IMG/VR virus record: IMGVR_UViG_3300011416_000014
Location: 1-51,418 of that record
Source of the DNA: a virus
Lineage: Duplodnaviria > Caudoviricetes
Reading direction: 5' to 3' (one strand)
Length of the DNA stretch: 51,418 bases
The notes under the pieces are model-generated. The model was given only the letters and a program-made list of their open reading frames with translations. It ran no database searches and was not told the origin of the DNA. The translations under genes and the position numbers were made by a program. Numbering within the stretch: position 1 is the first letter of the stretch; each line of letters opens with the position of its first letter. Shown piece by piece: positions 35,423 to 45,082 of the stretch.

Positions 35423-37516
35423 CTACGAAATCGCTCCGAACTTCTCCTCCAGTCTCTGACGTGCCTCGGCGTCCAGCTGCGCCACGTCGGTGAAGCCCCG
35501 CTCCCTGAGGAAGTCGATGGGGTAGCGCTTGGGGAGGGGGCTGTAGGATGCGTAGATTGCCTTCTGGCGGGCGCCCGTGGTCTGGTGGATGTACAGCGCG
35601 TCGATCAGGCACGCCCACTGATTCTGATAATCGAACTCGGTCGTGTTGCACACGACCGGCTCCAGGTCGTCGGCCTGCTGGCCGTTGCGGTGCGTGCGGC
35701 CCAGGACTTGCTCAAGCAGGTCGGCCTGGCGCGGGAACTGCACGAAAAACTGGAACTCGAAGTGCTGCAGGTTCTTGCCGGTGCCGTGCCCGCCCATCGA
35801 CGCCACGACAATTTGTCGTGCTGTGTCGGGGTCCAGGATCGCCGCGTTGCTGCCCTTGCGCACCGACTCGCTCGGGCACCAGAGGGTCGGCAGGCCGGCG
35901 GCCTTCAGTTCCTCGGCCAGCCAGCGGCCGGGCTCGTCGTGGTGGACCCAAATCAGCCCGCCCTGGCGCCCCTTCGTGTGCTTCAGCAGCTCGGTGGCCC
36001 AGCGCACAGCGTGCTGGATCTTGTAGTCGGACACGCGCACCGGCTCTGACACGCGCTCCGGCATGCCGTCGAACTCCAGCTCTTTCATGTTGCGCCACAG
36101 CTGGTGCAGCTGCGCCGACACGTCACGGTCAGCGTGCGCCGCCATGTTGCTGGTGATAAGCAACGGGGTGTCCAGGCCCGGGCGGCCTGCAACCTCGATC
36201 CACTTGCGCAGCGCCCGCGCGAACTCCTGGCGCGCAGCGTGGTGCTCCAGGGCCTGATCGAGATATGCCTGCGCCTCCTGCGGCGACAGCCCGCGTCGCG
36301 TCAACTCGCCGATCGCTGGCCAGCGCAGCTTGTAGTAGAAGCCGGCTGTCAGCTCGTACAGATACCGCCACTTGTGAAAGCCGAACTCGATCTCGTCGCC
36401 GCTCGGCGTGAGCCACAGTTCTTCGATCTGCCGCATCAGTTCGTCGAGCGACGGCCAGCCCGGATCGCGCTTGAAGTCCGGCACCGGCTGGTTGCAGATC
36501 GTGAGCGACACCCCGATCTCGGCATCGCCGGTGGCCACCACTCCGGGGGTGCTGGTCAGCCGCAGGCGGTACGCTTTGCGGAAGCCTGCCACGCCGCCGG
36601 GTATGTCCGTCGTGGGGAAGTTCTGCCGCGCCCACACCACGAGCGGCGCAAGCGGGCCGGTCTTCGAGGCGTTGCCACCGTGCATGTCGACGCCAGGCTT
36701 CTCCGGGTCCAGCACGTAGCTCCAGTTCGTCGCCAGCGACTCGCTCATGGGCAGCGGGCACAGGCCGCGCAGCGCCGGTGCGATCAGGTGGTAGTAGTCC
36801 ATGATCGACTTGGTTGTGATCGTACCGCTCAGCGCGACCAGTCGCGGCTGGGCCTGACTGAGGTAGCGGCGCAGTCGCTGCGTGCGCGCTGCCTTGGCGC
36901 TCTTGACCTGGTGCGCCTCGTCGAGGATGACCAGCCCGGGGCGGATGCCGTCGATAGCCGGCTTGTTGGCCGGCGGGTTCTGCCGGTCGCCGCCGAGCAG
37001 GGCCTCGGCGTCGGTGGTACTGAGCAGCGAGTAGGTGAGCACGTAGCAGCCCATCTTCCCACTGCCGGCAATGCGCCTGCGCTCGTCCAGGCTTCGGCCA
37101 CCAAGCAGGTGGAACGGCACCGACAGGCCCACACGCTTGCGAGCCCACGGCATGTCGGTCTTGGTGAGCTGCTCGTAGACCTGACTCGGGACGATCAGCA
37201 CCGAGCGCTGCATGCCGGCGCGATACGCGCGCTCGGCGATCATCAGGGTGATGAGCGTCTTGCCCCAGCCGACGCCGATCGGCGCGAACAGGCCGTCGTA
37301 CAGATCCCAGGCCAGCACCGCGCCGACCTGTTGCGGGAACAGGCGGAAGCCCTCTTCGAAGTACCGGGCCTGCACTTCCTGCTCGCAGAACGCCTCGATC
37401 GCGGCCCCATCGGGTTGGTCAATGATCGGCAACGCGCAAATGCGCTGGATCTCTAACGAGTCCGCCGTGTCCCGACCCTGATGGGGCCGCGCTTTTCGAA
37501 ACGGGTCACTGCTCAT
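35423..37516 (-). CDS. Superfamily 2 helicase
   Basis: GVGWGKT, TYS, LDEAH, LSGT, GTGKNLQ, EQVLGRTHRNGQ. Confidence 0.9.
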   Translation of the reverse strand: MSSDPFRKARPHQGRDTADSLEIQRICALPIIDQPDGAAIEAFCEQEVQARYFEEGFRLFPQQVGAVLAWDLYDGLFAPIGVGWGKTLITLMIAERAYRAGMQRSVLIVPSQVYEQLTKTDMPWARKRVGLSVPFHLLGGRSLDERRRIAGSGKMGCYVLTYSLLSTTDAEALLGGDRQNPPANKPAIDGIRPGLVILDEAHQVKSAKAARTQRLRRYLSQAQPRLVALSGTITTKSIMDYYHLIAPALRGLCPLPMSESLATNWSYVLDPEKPGVDMHGGNASKTGPLAPLVVWARQNFPTTDIPGGVAGFRKAYRLRLTSTPGVVATGDAEIGVSLTICNQPVPDFKRDPGWPSLDELMRQIEELWLTPSGDEIEFGFHKWRYLYELTAGFYYKLRWPAIGELTRRGLSPQEAQAYLDQALEHHAARQEFARALRKWIEVAGRPGLDTPLLITSNMAAHADRDVSAQLHQLWRNMKELEFDGMPERVSEPVRVSDYKIQHAVRWATELLKHTKGRQGGLIWVHHDEPGRWLAEELKAAGLPTLWCPSESVRKGSNAAILDPDTARQIVVASMGGHGTGKNLQHFEFQFFVQFPRQADLLEQVLGRTHRNGQQADDLEPVVCNTTEFDYQNQWACLIDALYIHQTTGARQKAIYASYSPLPKRYPIDFLRERGFTDVAQLDAEARQRLEEKFGAIS

Positions 37517-37821
37517 GCGTGTCGTACTACATCCTCGGCCAGCCGCTGAGCCATCGCGGCGATCTGCACCAGCTCAGCTAACGCTCGGTGCGGCGGGCCG
37601 CCCTTCTTGATCTCGTCCCACAACTCGTCGACTTCTTCGAGCAGGACAGCGTATCCTTCGTGAACCGAGTTGATCGGAGGAAACTTATCGCGCGCCCTTG
37701 CCAGTTCTCCAGCCACCAGTTCGTCGAACTGTACGCGATGGTCCGCGAAGTCGTACTGGCGGTCCAACTCCTTCTCCGCTTTGGTTGGTTCCGGCATGGG
37801 CACTTCGTCGTCGAAGATCAT
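37513..37821 (-). CDS. MazG-like nucleotide pyrophosphohydrolase
   Basis: HEGYAVLLEEVDELWDE...ELVQIAAMA (EE..E / E..Q pattern); TGATG start. Confidence 0.7.
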   Translation of the reverse strand: MIFDDEVPMPEPTKAEKELDRQYDFADHRVQFDELVAGELARARDKFPPINSVHEGYAVLLEEVDELWDEIKKGGPPHRALAELVQIAAMAQRLAEDVVRHA

Positions 37822-39719
37822 CAGCCGACCCTCGTGATGACGGCCTCTACGCCTTCCTTCAGGCCCATGAGCGCCTGCAGGAGCGAACCCACGTCGTCGT
37901 TGCCCAGGATACCCGGGTGGACGACGACGTGCCGCGCCAACTCGCCCGCGATGTAGTCGGCCTTCTGGGCCAGGCGCTCGCGGCGCTTGAAGGTGTCGAG
38001 CTGCCAGTAGGACTCGGCGCCCATGTCGGCGGCCAGCTCGGCGCCAAACCGCGCCAGGACTTCGGCCGAGGTGATGGTGGGCCGGCTGGGGCCGCGCAAC
38101 TGCACCGCGCCGATCAGGAGGGTGACGCCCACAGTCGGGCGCCCGCCCTTGTTGCCAGCTGCCGCCTTGGCGGCGGGGGCCTTGGGGGCCTCCTGCACGG
38201 GCTCCGGGGCCTGCTTCACCAGGGTCTCGACGACGGCCTGCCGCTCGGGCGACATGACGACCGGCGCGGTGAAGGGCTCCTGGACCGTTGCCACGACCGG
38301 GGGCGCCACTGGGGCCGGAGCGGCGGGCTGCGCCGGGGAGTCGGCCTCGATCCACTCCAGAGGCAGCCCGGCCTTCTGCAGGGCCTCTGCCTGCTCCTCG
38401 CGAGCGACGGCCACGCCCTTGCCCGCGTCGTCCAGCTCGATGATGTAGGCCATGCTGGTGGGCTTCCCAGCCTTCTTGGCGGTGGCATCGCAGATCGGGC
38501 AAGCCCTCCCGCTGCTGCTCAGGCCGCGCCCCTTGCACGCGCGACAGTTGAGGTTCGCCCACGGGGCGCCGCCGATCGCCGAGGGCGGGGCTGCGGGTGG
38601 GATGCCACCATTGATCGCCGGTGCCGGCGCTGCGGGCGGGGCCTGTTCCACGGCCGCCACGGCGCCGGCCGTGCCTGCGGCTTCCTGGCGCGCGGCTTGC
38701 TGTGCCTGTTGCTGCTTGGCTCGATCGAAGATGCTCACGCTGCTTGCCTCCTTGGCTGTGCCCCGCTTCCGGGGAGTTGGTAGGGGTAGGTCGAGTCTCG
38801 ACCCTGTTCGTTGTTCCAGCAGACGCGCGACTCGCGTCTGATATACCTCAGGACTCTCAGTGCGTCCACAGATTTGCGCAAACGGGCAGGCTTGACCGTA
38901 CCAGTGCGCGCACTTGCCGGTGTCGGTTGGGCCGGGAACATCCGACCACTCCTTGACCTTGGACGTGCGTTCGATGCGGTCGGCGACTTCGTGCAGGTAC
39001 TCGCCGTGTGCTGCGATCTCGTCGGGGGACAGGACGGCTTCGACCTTGGTAACTCCGGGACCTTCGAACTTGGGGTACTGGTTGTGGCGCAGCCGCACGC
39101 TGTCATTCCAGCCGTCGAGCTGTGACGTGACCCATGCGTAAGTGCGCAGCTGTTGGTTCTTGCCGAGGTAGTTCGGCGAGTCGGGGTCCTCGCGCTTGAG
39201 GTAGCGCACGCTACCCTTGCCGTAGCTCTTGTGATCGCCGATCTCGGGCAGCTCACGTTCTGTGCCTGCACGAAACAGGTCGATGTAGCCGACCAGTTGC
39301 ACATTCTCGGTGATCGCAATGCGAATCGAGCGCTCCAGTTGCATCGACGGAGTGCGGTAGATGATCCCGTTCTCGATCGCCTCGGCCACGAGGGCCTGGA
39401 TCTGTCGCGCCTCGGTCGGCGTGACCTCGGCCGTGCTGCCGTCCATCTCAGTGGCGACCATCCAGCCCTTCGGGTACAGGTTGACCGGCTGCCCACCTAG
39501 CTGACCCTGGAACAGACCCTCGGCGATGGTCGCACCGTCCGGCCCAGGCACTCGCCCGTTGTCCGTCGCGCTCAGCCAGCGCTCGATGACGGAGTGCAGC
39601 ACCGTACCGAACGTGAAGTGCGCTGCCGGCGGCTCTTTCAGTTTCAGGACGCGGCGCAGCCACCAGTGCCTTGCACAATCCTCATAGGTGTCGATCTGCG
39701 ATGCAGAGATCGTAATCAC
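37821..39719 (-). CDS. PD-(D/E)XK (Cas4-like) exonuclease with Zn-finger/Ala-Pro C-terminal half
   Basis: SASQIDTY..C...WW, GT.LH, GYIDL, GDHKS, QL.TY, C......CPF..IC; second cluster CRAC...CPIC. Confidence 0.85.
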   Translation of the reverse strand: MITISASQIDTYEDCARHWWLRRVLKLKEPPAAHFTFGTVLHSVIERWLSATDNGRVPGPDGATIAEGLFQGQLGGQPVNLYPKGWMVATEMDGSTAEVTPTEARQIQALVAEAIENGIIYRTPSMQLERSIRIAITENVQLVGYIDLFRAGTERELPEIGDHKSYGKGSVRYLKREDPDSPNYLGKNQQLRTYAWVTSQLDGWNDSVRLRHNQYPKFEGPGVTKVEAVLSPDEIAAHGEYLHEVADRIERTSKVKEWSDVPGPTDTGKCAHWYGQACPFAQICGRTESPEVYQTRVARLLEQRTGSRLDLPLPTPRKRGTAKEASSVSIFDRAKQQQAQQAARQEAAGTAGAVAAVEQAPPAAPAPAINGGIPPAAPPSAIGGAPWANLNCRACKGRGLSSSGRACPICDATAKKAGKPTSMAYIIELDDAGKGVAVAREEQAEALQKAGLPLEWIEADSPAQPAAPAPVAPPVVATVQEPFTAPVVMSPERQAVVETLVKQAPEPVQEAPKAPAAKAAAGNKGGRPTVGVTLLIGAVQLRGPSRPTITSAEVLARFGAELAADMGAESYWQLDTFKRRERLAQKADYIAGELARHVVVHPGILGNDDVGSLLQALMGLKEGVEAVITRVG

Positions 39720-41773
39720 GCGGTGCCCTTTCCTGACAAGACGACGGCGATCATGTCGTCGCCGCCTGGCTGCGCGGCGAGCATCCGCTCAGTGCGAGCC
39801 ATGGTCATGCCGTACCTCATCCCCTCTTCGAACAGGATGCCCAGGTCGATCTCCACCCAGCGGGCGCGCTGCTCGCGCTGACTGCCGGGCGGGCTAGTGA
39901 CCTCGGCGCGGCCTGCGTCGTCGTGCTTGCTGAACTGCCGCAGCACGCGGCCCGCGATCGGCAGCGAAATCTCCCCGTATGCCGAAGTCAGGCCCGATTC
40001 GGCTATTTCGACCACGCCGGCAGGCGTGACCCACACGCGGTTCTCGTGGACGTGCAACCCACGGCGCGACGTGCTGCCACTGGCCTCGATCATCTTCACC
40101 AGTGAGCGTAGCACGGTCTGTGCGCCCTTGGACCGCAGCCTCATCTCGCGGACGATCTGCGTGCTTGTCTCGCCCTCCACCAGCAGCCGGCCGGCGCCGA
40201 TCAGCGACGGCTTGCGGTTCTCGAACAAGTAGAAGATGTGATTGGCCAACGTGTACTCGCTACCCTTGTGCCCGGCGACCCAGCCCGCCGTGTACTTGTA
40301 GTTGCCGCGCCGGGTCAGCAGCGACTGCGCTGCTTCGAGGACTTCGATCGACAAAAGCCGCTGCTCGATGGCCTGGATGTCGTCGGCCGTCAGGTCGCGG
40401 TGGCCAACGATGCTGCGCACGATGTCGCGGTCGTTCGACGTGAACAAGATGCGCGGGTAGATGTCGGCGTTGAAGGGGTCGCGGTGCATGGCGCGGATGG
40501 TGATCCGGCCGCCGGTCACGAGCGAGCGGAAGGCTTGGTCTACGGTCATCGCCTCATCGTTGTTGATCTGCGGCACGCCCTCATCGCAGTTCACCACGGG
40601 GGAGTCGAGCAAGCCGACGTTGAACTTCCCAAGCGCGCGGCCGTCGTTGCGGTGCCCGCCCTCGAAGCACTCGGCCAGGCCGGCGGCCAGCATGCCCTTG
40701 CCGGTGCCCGGCGGACCGAAGAGGTTGAGCGCGCAGATCGCGCGGCGCACGTCCAGGCTGTGCGCCAGCCACTCGGTCAGCCGGTCGTACTGCTGGCCGG
40801 CGAGCGCCTGCAACCACTCGTCCACGCGCAGGTCGAAGATAGGCACCAGCTTGGGGTTCAGCCTGTGGACGGGGACGTGCAGCACCTTGTGCCCTCCAGC
40901 GCCGTCGATGTAGGCGACCGACTCGCGCGCCGAGCACTCGATGGTGGTGATCGGCACAGCATGCTCGTTGAGCAGCGCGGTCGCGGTGCGCGTCACGACT
41001 TGCTTGCCGCGGATCTCGGTGGTGGGGATGACCTCCTCCATCCCCAGGTCGCGAATCATGGGAATCAGCATGGAGTCTGAGATCGGGCGGATGTTGTACG
41101 AACCGTCTGGCCTCATGACGTGGTGCCTGCGCCCGTCGCTGGCGATCATCCGCGCCAGGAACCAGACCTGCGCGGCGTCCGCGTCGGCGGGCACGTCCTG
41201 CGGCCTGGCCTCGCGAACCTGAGCGATCAACTGCTGACGCAGTTGCTCTCCGCTCTGCACCTTTTGCCGGCGGTCGTTGTGCTCGGCAAGGATCTGCGAT
41301 TCCTCGGTGGCCCAGAGCCTGCATATCAAGTCCCAAGTCGTCGCGAACCAGTCGGTCTCGTTGGCGCCGCGCGTCTCGCGGTCGTGCAGCTGTTCGATGG
41401 CGGAGTGCAGCAGCGCGTAGATCCCCTCTGGGGTCACGTCTTCCTGCCGCGCGAGCATGCCGATGGTCTGGCCGACGATGCGCGTGACCTGGTTGTTCCA
41501 GTTCGCCTCGCCCTCGGCGATCGGCGCGTGCTCGAAGCACACCGCGTAGGCCGGGCGGCCCGACAGGTAGGTCTTCGCCAGCTTCACCAACGGGCTGTCG
41601 TAGATGCGCCCGTTGCCCCCCTCGTAGGTCAGCATGCCCCGGATCTCGTCCGGGTCTGGCGCGTCTCCCTGGTGAGTCTCGACTGGCGCAAACGAGCCCG
41701 CGGCCTGCGCCTCTGCGCGTGGCGCAGTGGCAACGTCCAGGATCGGCCCGCCGGTGACGAGAATCGGGTTCAT
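39716..41773 (-). CDS. Primase-associated helicase (SF3/P-loop NTPase)
   Basis: Start MNPIL at 41773 via ATGA overlap; GPPGTGKG, VNCDE, LFTSN. Confidence 0.8.
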   Translation of the reverse strand: MNPILVTGGPILDVATAPRAEAQAAGSFAPVETHQGDAPDPDEIRGMLTYEGGNGRIYDSPLVKLAKTYLSGRPAYAVCFEHAPIAEGEANWNNQVTRIVGQTIGMLARQEDVTPEGIYALLHSAIEQLHDRETRGANETDWFATTWDLICRLWATEESQILAEHNDRRQKVQSGEQLRQQLIAQVREARPQDVPADADAAQVWFLARMIASDGRRHHVMRPDGSYNIRPISDSMLIPMIRDLGMEEVIPTTEIRGKQVVTRTATALLNEHAVPITTIECSARESVAYIDGAGGHKVLHVPVHRLNPKLVPIFDLRVDEWLQALAGQQYDRLTEWLAHSLDVRRAICALNLFGPPGTGKGMLAAGLAECFEGGHRNDGRALGKFNVGLLDSPVVNCDEGVPQINNDEAMTVDQAFRSLVTGGRITIRAMHRDPFNADIYPRILFTSNDRDIVRSIVGHRDLTADDIQAIEQRLLSIEVLEAAQSLLTRRGNYKYTAGWVAGHKGSEYTLANHIFYLFENRKPSLIGAGRLLVEGETSTQIVREMRLRSKGAQTVLRSLVKMIEASGSTSRRGLHVHENRVWVTPAGVVEIAESGLTSAYGEISLPIAGRVLRQFSKHDDAGRAEVTSPPGSQREQRARWVEIDLGILFEEGMRYGMTMARTERMLAAQPGGDDMIAVVLSGKGTA

Positions 41774-42351
41774 GCTCTCACGGTGCAGGGGAGGCGGAAG
41801 AGGCGGGTCCAGTCGGAGCACTGCTCATCGAACTGCACCCCAAGGGCGGCGAAGCGTTGAATCATGCCGATCGTGAGGGCCTCGGCCTCGGTCGGCCCGA
41901 CCTCCTCACTGAGCACGTAGATGAGCCGCGAGCCGTGCAGGGTGGAGTAGAAGGCAGTGGGCTCCGGCAAGCCTGGTTGAGCCAACGCAACAAGGTGCTG
42001 CTCGAACCGCTCCGGAGTCCAGCGCGCTTTCTTTCCATCGACGTGCAGGTCGAAGTCGAACACCAGCAGAGGAATCCGCACGCGCCCGCCAGCCTCTTCG
42101 AGTTGCTGCAGGAACGGACTTCGCTTCGACACGCGGGCGAAGGCGAACTCGTCGCCGGAAGGGTCGGCGTCCAGGCGGTACAACAGGAAGTGCGCGTCCT
42201 GGTCCCACGCACGAGTCAGGGCCTCGCTCAGTGGCAGGTGTTCGTCGCACAGCACGAGCGCCGCGCGCTCCGGGTCCTGCAGGTCAGTCAGCGACTTGGC
42301 CGCTGGGTGACGATCCCTGGCGTAGATGATACCGATGGTCGGGTCGTTCAT
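41770..42351 (-). CDS. AEP-type primase/prim-pol catalytic domain
   Basis: FDFD, STLHGSRLIY, D.QCSDWTRLFRLP; SD GGAGG before MNDPT. Confidence 0.75.
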   Translation of the reverse strand: MNDPTIGIIYARDRHPAAKSLTDLQDPERAALVLCDEHLPLSEALTRAWDQDAHFLLYRLDADPSGDEFAFARVSKRSPFLQQLEEAGGRVRIPLLVFDFDLHVDGKKARWTPERFEQHLVALAQPGLPEPTAFYSTLHGSRLIYVLSEEVGPTEAEALTIGMIQRFAALGVQFDEQCSDWTRLFRLPCTVRA

Positions 42352-42385
42352 GGGTGCCTCCAAGGTAGCCGAGAACTTCCCCGCG

Positions 42386-42961
42386 TCAACTGCCGAATTG
42401 AAGATCCTGCAGCCGGGTGCGGAACAAGCCCTCTGCAGCTCGCCACTCATAACCGATCGGCTGAATGGCGTTCGGCACCAAGATGTCCAGGTTGCGATCG
42501 TACCAGCTGGGGATGATGCTACGCAGCGTGCGGACTTCTCGGTGCAGGATGATGGTGTCGTACCGCTTGATTCGTCCCCAGACCGGGTCTTTGTTGGGCG
42601 GCAGGCGCAGCGCGTGCCGCACGACCAGCTCCATGGAATCCTCGAACCTATCCCAACCCTCGATCATCCGCTTCTGGGGGCTGGCCACGTCGCCTATGTA
42701 GGCTTCGTGCGCGTCGTGCAGCAAGCCAGGCAACATGGCTTCCTCATCTCCAACGTGCTCGGCGATGAGGCTGACCCACACGGAGTGCTCGGCGACCGAG
42801 TAGAACTTGTCCAGGTGCCCGCGGTAGCGACAGCACATCGCCAGCGAGCGCCTGATGTCCTCCATGCGGATGTCCTTAGGCTCGACGGTCTCTGGCGGGC
42901 CGATGTTCACGCCGGTAAGGGTCGTGATGTAGGGGTGTTTGCGTGCCGGATGTTCGATCAT
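42386..42961 (-). CDS. HD-domain 5'-deoxynucleotidase (YfbR-like)
   Basis: RY.GH...FYSVAEHS, LLHDAHEAYIGD..SP.K. Confidence 0.9.
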   Translation of the reverse strand: MIEHPARKHPYITTLTGVNIGPPETVEPKDIRMEDIRRSLAMCCRYRGHLDKFYSVAEHSVWVSLIAEHVGDEEAMLPGLLHDAHEAYIGDVASPQKRMIEGWDRFEDSMELVVRHALRLPPNKDPVWGRIKRYDTIILHREVRTLRSIIPSWYDRNLDILVPNAIQPIGYEWRAAEGLFRTRLQDLQFGS

Positions 42962-42971
42962 GGCGTCCCTT

Positions 42972-43355
42972 TCAGCAGTCCGAGTACCAGGCCGACCACT
43001 GGCCTTTGATCTTGCGGCGAGCCCAGAACACGAGTCCGGTGTTCCAGTCAACTGGCAGGCCCGTCCTGGCCTGGAAACATTCAGCCAACATGTTGCGGTG
43101 TTGGACCGTGCGTCCGCGGGGATCGACTTCCCAAATCCCCTGGATGGCCTGTCCCGCAAGCAGCCACTCTTTCCAGCCGGGACCTATTACGTGCAGATAC
43201 TCGCCTTCTTTTTCCACGTAGAGAGTTTGCGAGCGGTGCGCTGGGATCTCGAAAAAGCCATCCACATAGATGATCTTGAACGGTTTGGTCTTCATCCTTG
43301 CCTCCTGAAGTGTCTTTCGGATCTCGGCGAAGCCCATCAGCTTGCGCCGGCCCAT
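42972..43355 (-). CDS. Hypothetical protein (start may be at internal MKTKP)
   Basis: Packed ORF in the operon; AGGAGG precedes MKTKPF. Confidence 0.55.
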   Translation of the reverse strand: MGRRKLMGFAEIRKTLQEARMKTKPFKIIYVDGFFEIPAHRSQTLYVEKEGEYLHVIGPGWKEWLLAGQAIQGIWEVDPRGRTVQHRNMLAECFQARTGLPVDWNTGLVFWARRKIKGQWSAWYSDC

Positions 43356-43356
43356 G

Positions 43357-43665
43357 TCACTGCCCCAACTGTTCGGGCAGACTAAGCGTCTTCATCAAGA
43401 GTCCCAAGACCAAGTCCATCGTGCGACTTCCTGTACCCTCCAGGCTGTACCAGACCTCGGCGGGTTTCGGGGGCACATGGATCAGTCGGTGCTCTTTCAC
43501 GAAGAAGACCTGTTCGTGTCGCCAGCTTGCCTCACCCATCTCGTCCCGGTTGAAATGTTCGAGGGTCAGCCGGATTCTGCCTTCGTTTTCCCTCCTGGCG
43601 ATCAACCGACTCTGCGAACTCTGGCACAGAATCGTGCGTTGGTTGACAGCGGTAGGCCAGTTCAT
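43357..43665 (-). CDS. Hypothetical protein (MNWPTAV...)
   Basis: ATGA overlap. Confidence 0.55.
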   Translation of the reverse strand: MNWPTAVNQRTILCQSSQSRLIARRENEGRIRLTLEHFNRDEMGEASWRHEQVFFVKEHRLIHVPPKPAEVWYSLEGTGSRTMDLVLGLLMKTLSLPEQLGQ

Positions 43666-43910
43666 GCGATCCACCCGCGCTCCCGCGCCAGCGCCCGCTG
43701 CACCGGCGTCAGCTCTGCGATGCGCTTCGCCCGGTAGCGAGGGTTCAGCCGCTTGCGGAAGAAGTTCTTCCCGAGCCGACGCTTCAGCTGCCACTCGTCC
43801 ACGTCGAGCTGCATGTCCCGCGCGGTCGGGGCCGGGATGTTCTCCTCGTTGAAGCGCGGCAGCAGCGCGCCCAGCACCGACTTGAAAGCTGACTTCAGTG
43901 TGTTGAACAT
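43662..43910 (-). CDS. Hypothetical basic protein (MFNTLKS...)
   Basis: TGATG overlap. Confidence 0.6.
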   Translation of the reverse strand: MFNTLKSAFKSVLGALLPRFNEENIPAPTARDMQLDVDEWQLKRRLGKNFFRKRLNPRYRAKRIAELTPVQRALARERGWIA

Positions 43911-44200
43911 CAGTTCCCCTTCCAAACGTAAGGGTAGCCGTGGTCGCGCTCGAACGCGCGTCCCCGGACCGAGTCCGACCACTCGCGCACTTGCTCGCTG
44001 GTGGCCTCGATGTCGACCAACCGCTGCCAGCCGACAGGGTCCTCCGCCTTCGGGTCGATCGTCAGCCAGTGGAGCCGATCGAAGTCCACCGGCTTGTACT
44101 CGTTGCTGGTGGGGAACTCGTGCTTGGCCATGGTAAATACAAGCACCGGCCCGCTGGTCCCGATGACCAGTACGAAAAGGACGCCGAGTAGCGTCTTCAT
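43910..44200 (-). CDS. Membrane-anchored/secreted protein (MKTLLGVLFV...)
   Basis: SD AGGAG, ATGA overlap, N-terminal hydrophobic helix. Confidence 0.6.
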   Translation of the reverse strand: MKTLLGVLFVLVIGTSGPVLVFTMAKHEFPTSNEYKPVDFDRLHWLTIDPKAEDPVGWQRLVDIEATSEQVREWSDSVRGRAFERDHGYPYVWKGN

Positions 44201-44304
44201 CGGTTTCTCCTGCGCAGTAGGGTGGCCAGGCCCAGCGCCAGACCCAAGAGCGGCAGAGTCATCATGGCGATGCCTCCCCAGAACACGATTTCGTAGGTAC
44301 TCAT
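44197..44304 (-). CDS. 35-aa single-TM peptide
   Basis: MSTYEIVFWGGIAMMTLPLLGLALGLATLLRRRNR; ATGA-coupled to the GGDEF gene; SD GGAGG. Confidence 0.55.
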   Translation of the reverse strand: MSTYEIVFWGGIAMMTLPLLGLALGLATLLRRRNR

Positions 44305-44786
44305 TCCAAGCCTCCGGTTTTGTGCAAGTACATGGCAGCATCGGCGGCGGCCGGGTCCTTGCCCAGTCCCGCCGCAGCTGTGACTTCCCCGTGTTGGCTG
44401 CGCCACGCACGGATGACATCGCGAATGCGCAGCGCGCCTACGCGCGTCTCGCACCAGACCAGGAACTCGTCCCCGCCGGTGCGCGCGATGAGCACGTCTC
44501 GGGCGCGCTCTGAGTGTTGCCGAGTGTGCCGCAGCACGAACTCGGTGAACTCCTGCAGGACCAAGTCCCCGAACGCATGCTTGTCCGGGTGCGCGTCCTG
44601 CGCGGCCTTGAAGCCGTTGAGGTCCACCGCCACGAACCACCCCCAGTCCCGGGCGCGCGTCCTGCGCTCCAGTCCTCGACGGTTCAAGAGTCCCGTGAGA
44701 GAGTCCGTGTCGGCTTGCATCATCAGATCATCGGCCCGCTCTTCCGCGGCCCTCAGCTCTTCTATTACGGCTTCGTAGTCAGCCAT
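44301..44786 (-). CDS. Stand-alone GGDEF-domain protein (diguanylate cyclase-like)
   Basis: Coiled coil, then TDSLTGLLNRR, VDLNGFK..D...H..GD.VL, ARTGGDEF, VTAAAG, ADAAMY..K. Confidence 0.9.
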   Translation of the reverse strand: MADYEAVIEELRAAEERADDLMMQADTDSLTGLLNRRGLERRTRARDWGWFVAVDLNGFKAAQDAHPDKHAFGDLVLQEFTEFVLRHTRQHSERARDVLIARTGGDEFLVWCETRVGALRIRDVIRAWRSQHGEVTAAAGLGKDPAAADAAMYLHKTGGLE

Positions 44787-45082
44787 CACAGTTCCTCGGG
44801 TAGATCGATGCCCTCGAACGGGTTGTCCGCGGAGTATTCCAGGATGTTGGCCCGCAAGCGCAGCGCTCGAATCGCTATCCGCGTGGCTTGCTCCTTGAGC
44901 TTGAGTAACTCTTTGATAGAGTCCGGCGGGTTGGTCCCGTGAATCTCCCGGAACTTCGCCACTTCCCGGACGACTTCCACGAACCGCCCTTGCGCTTCGA
45001 CGAACGCGGCATTAGCGCCGTCGTAAGCCACTTGCAACGCAGCGAGATCCGCGTCCGCGTCCGCGTCCTCGTCCTCAGTCAT
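44786..45082 (-). CDS. Hypothetical coiled-coil protein, 98 aa
   Basis: Packed ORF; acidic DA-repeat N-terminus. Confidence 0.6.
   Translation of the reverse strand: MTEDEDADADADLAALQVAYDGANAAFVEAQGRFVEVVREVAKFREIHGTNPPDSIKELLKLKEQATRIAIRALRLRANILEYSADNPFEGIDLPEEL

Noticed and set aside
37821-39719. CRISPR-Cas system implied by the Cas4-like nuclease
   Set aside because: No repeat-spacer array or other cas genes; solo Cas4-like exonucleases are common in phage replication modules.
41770-41821. Pseudogenised primase-helicase
   Set aside because: A clean ATGA stop/start overlap and intact motifs on both sides fit two coupled genes better; residual doubt is recorded as a finding.
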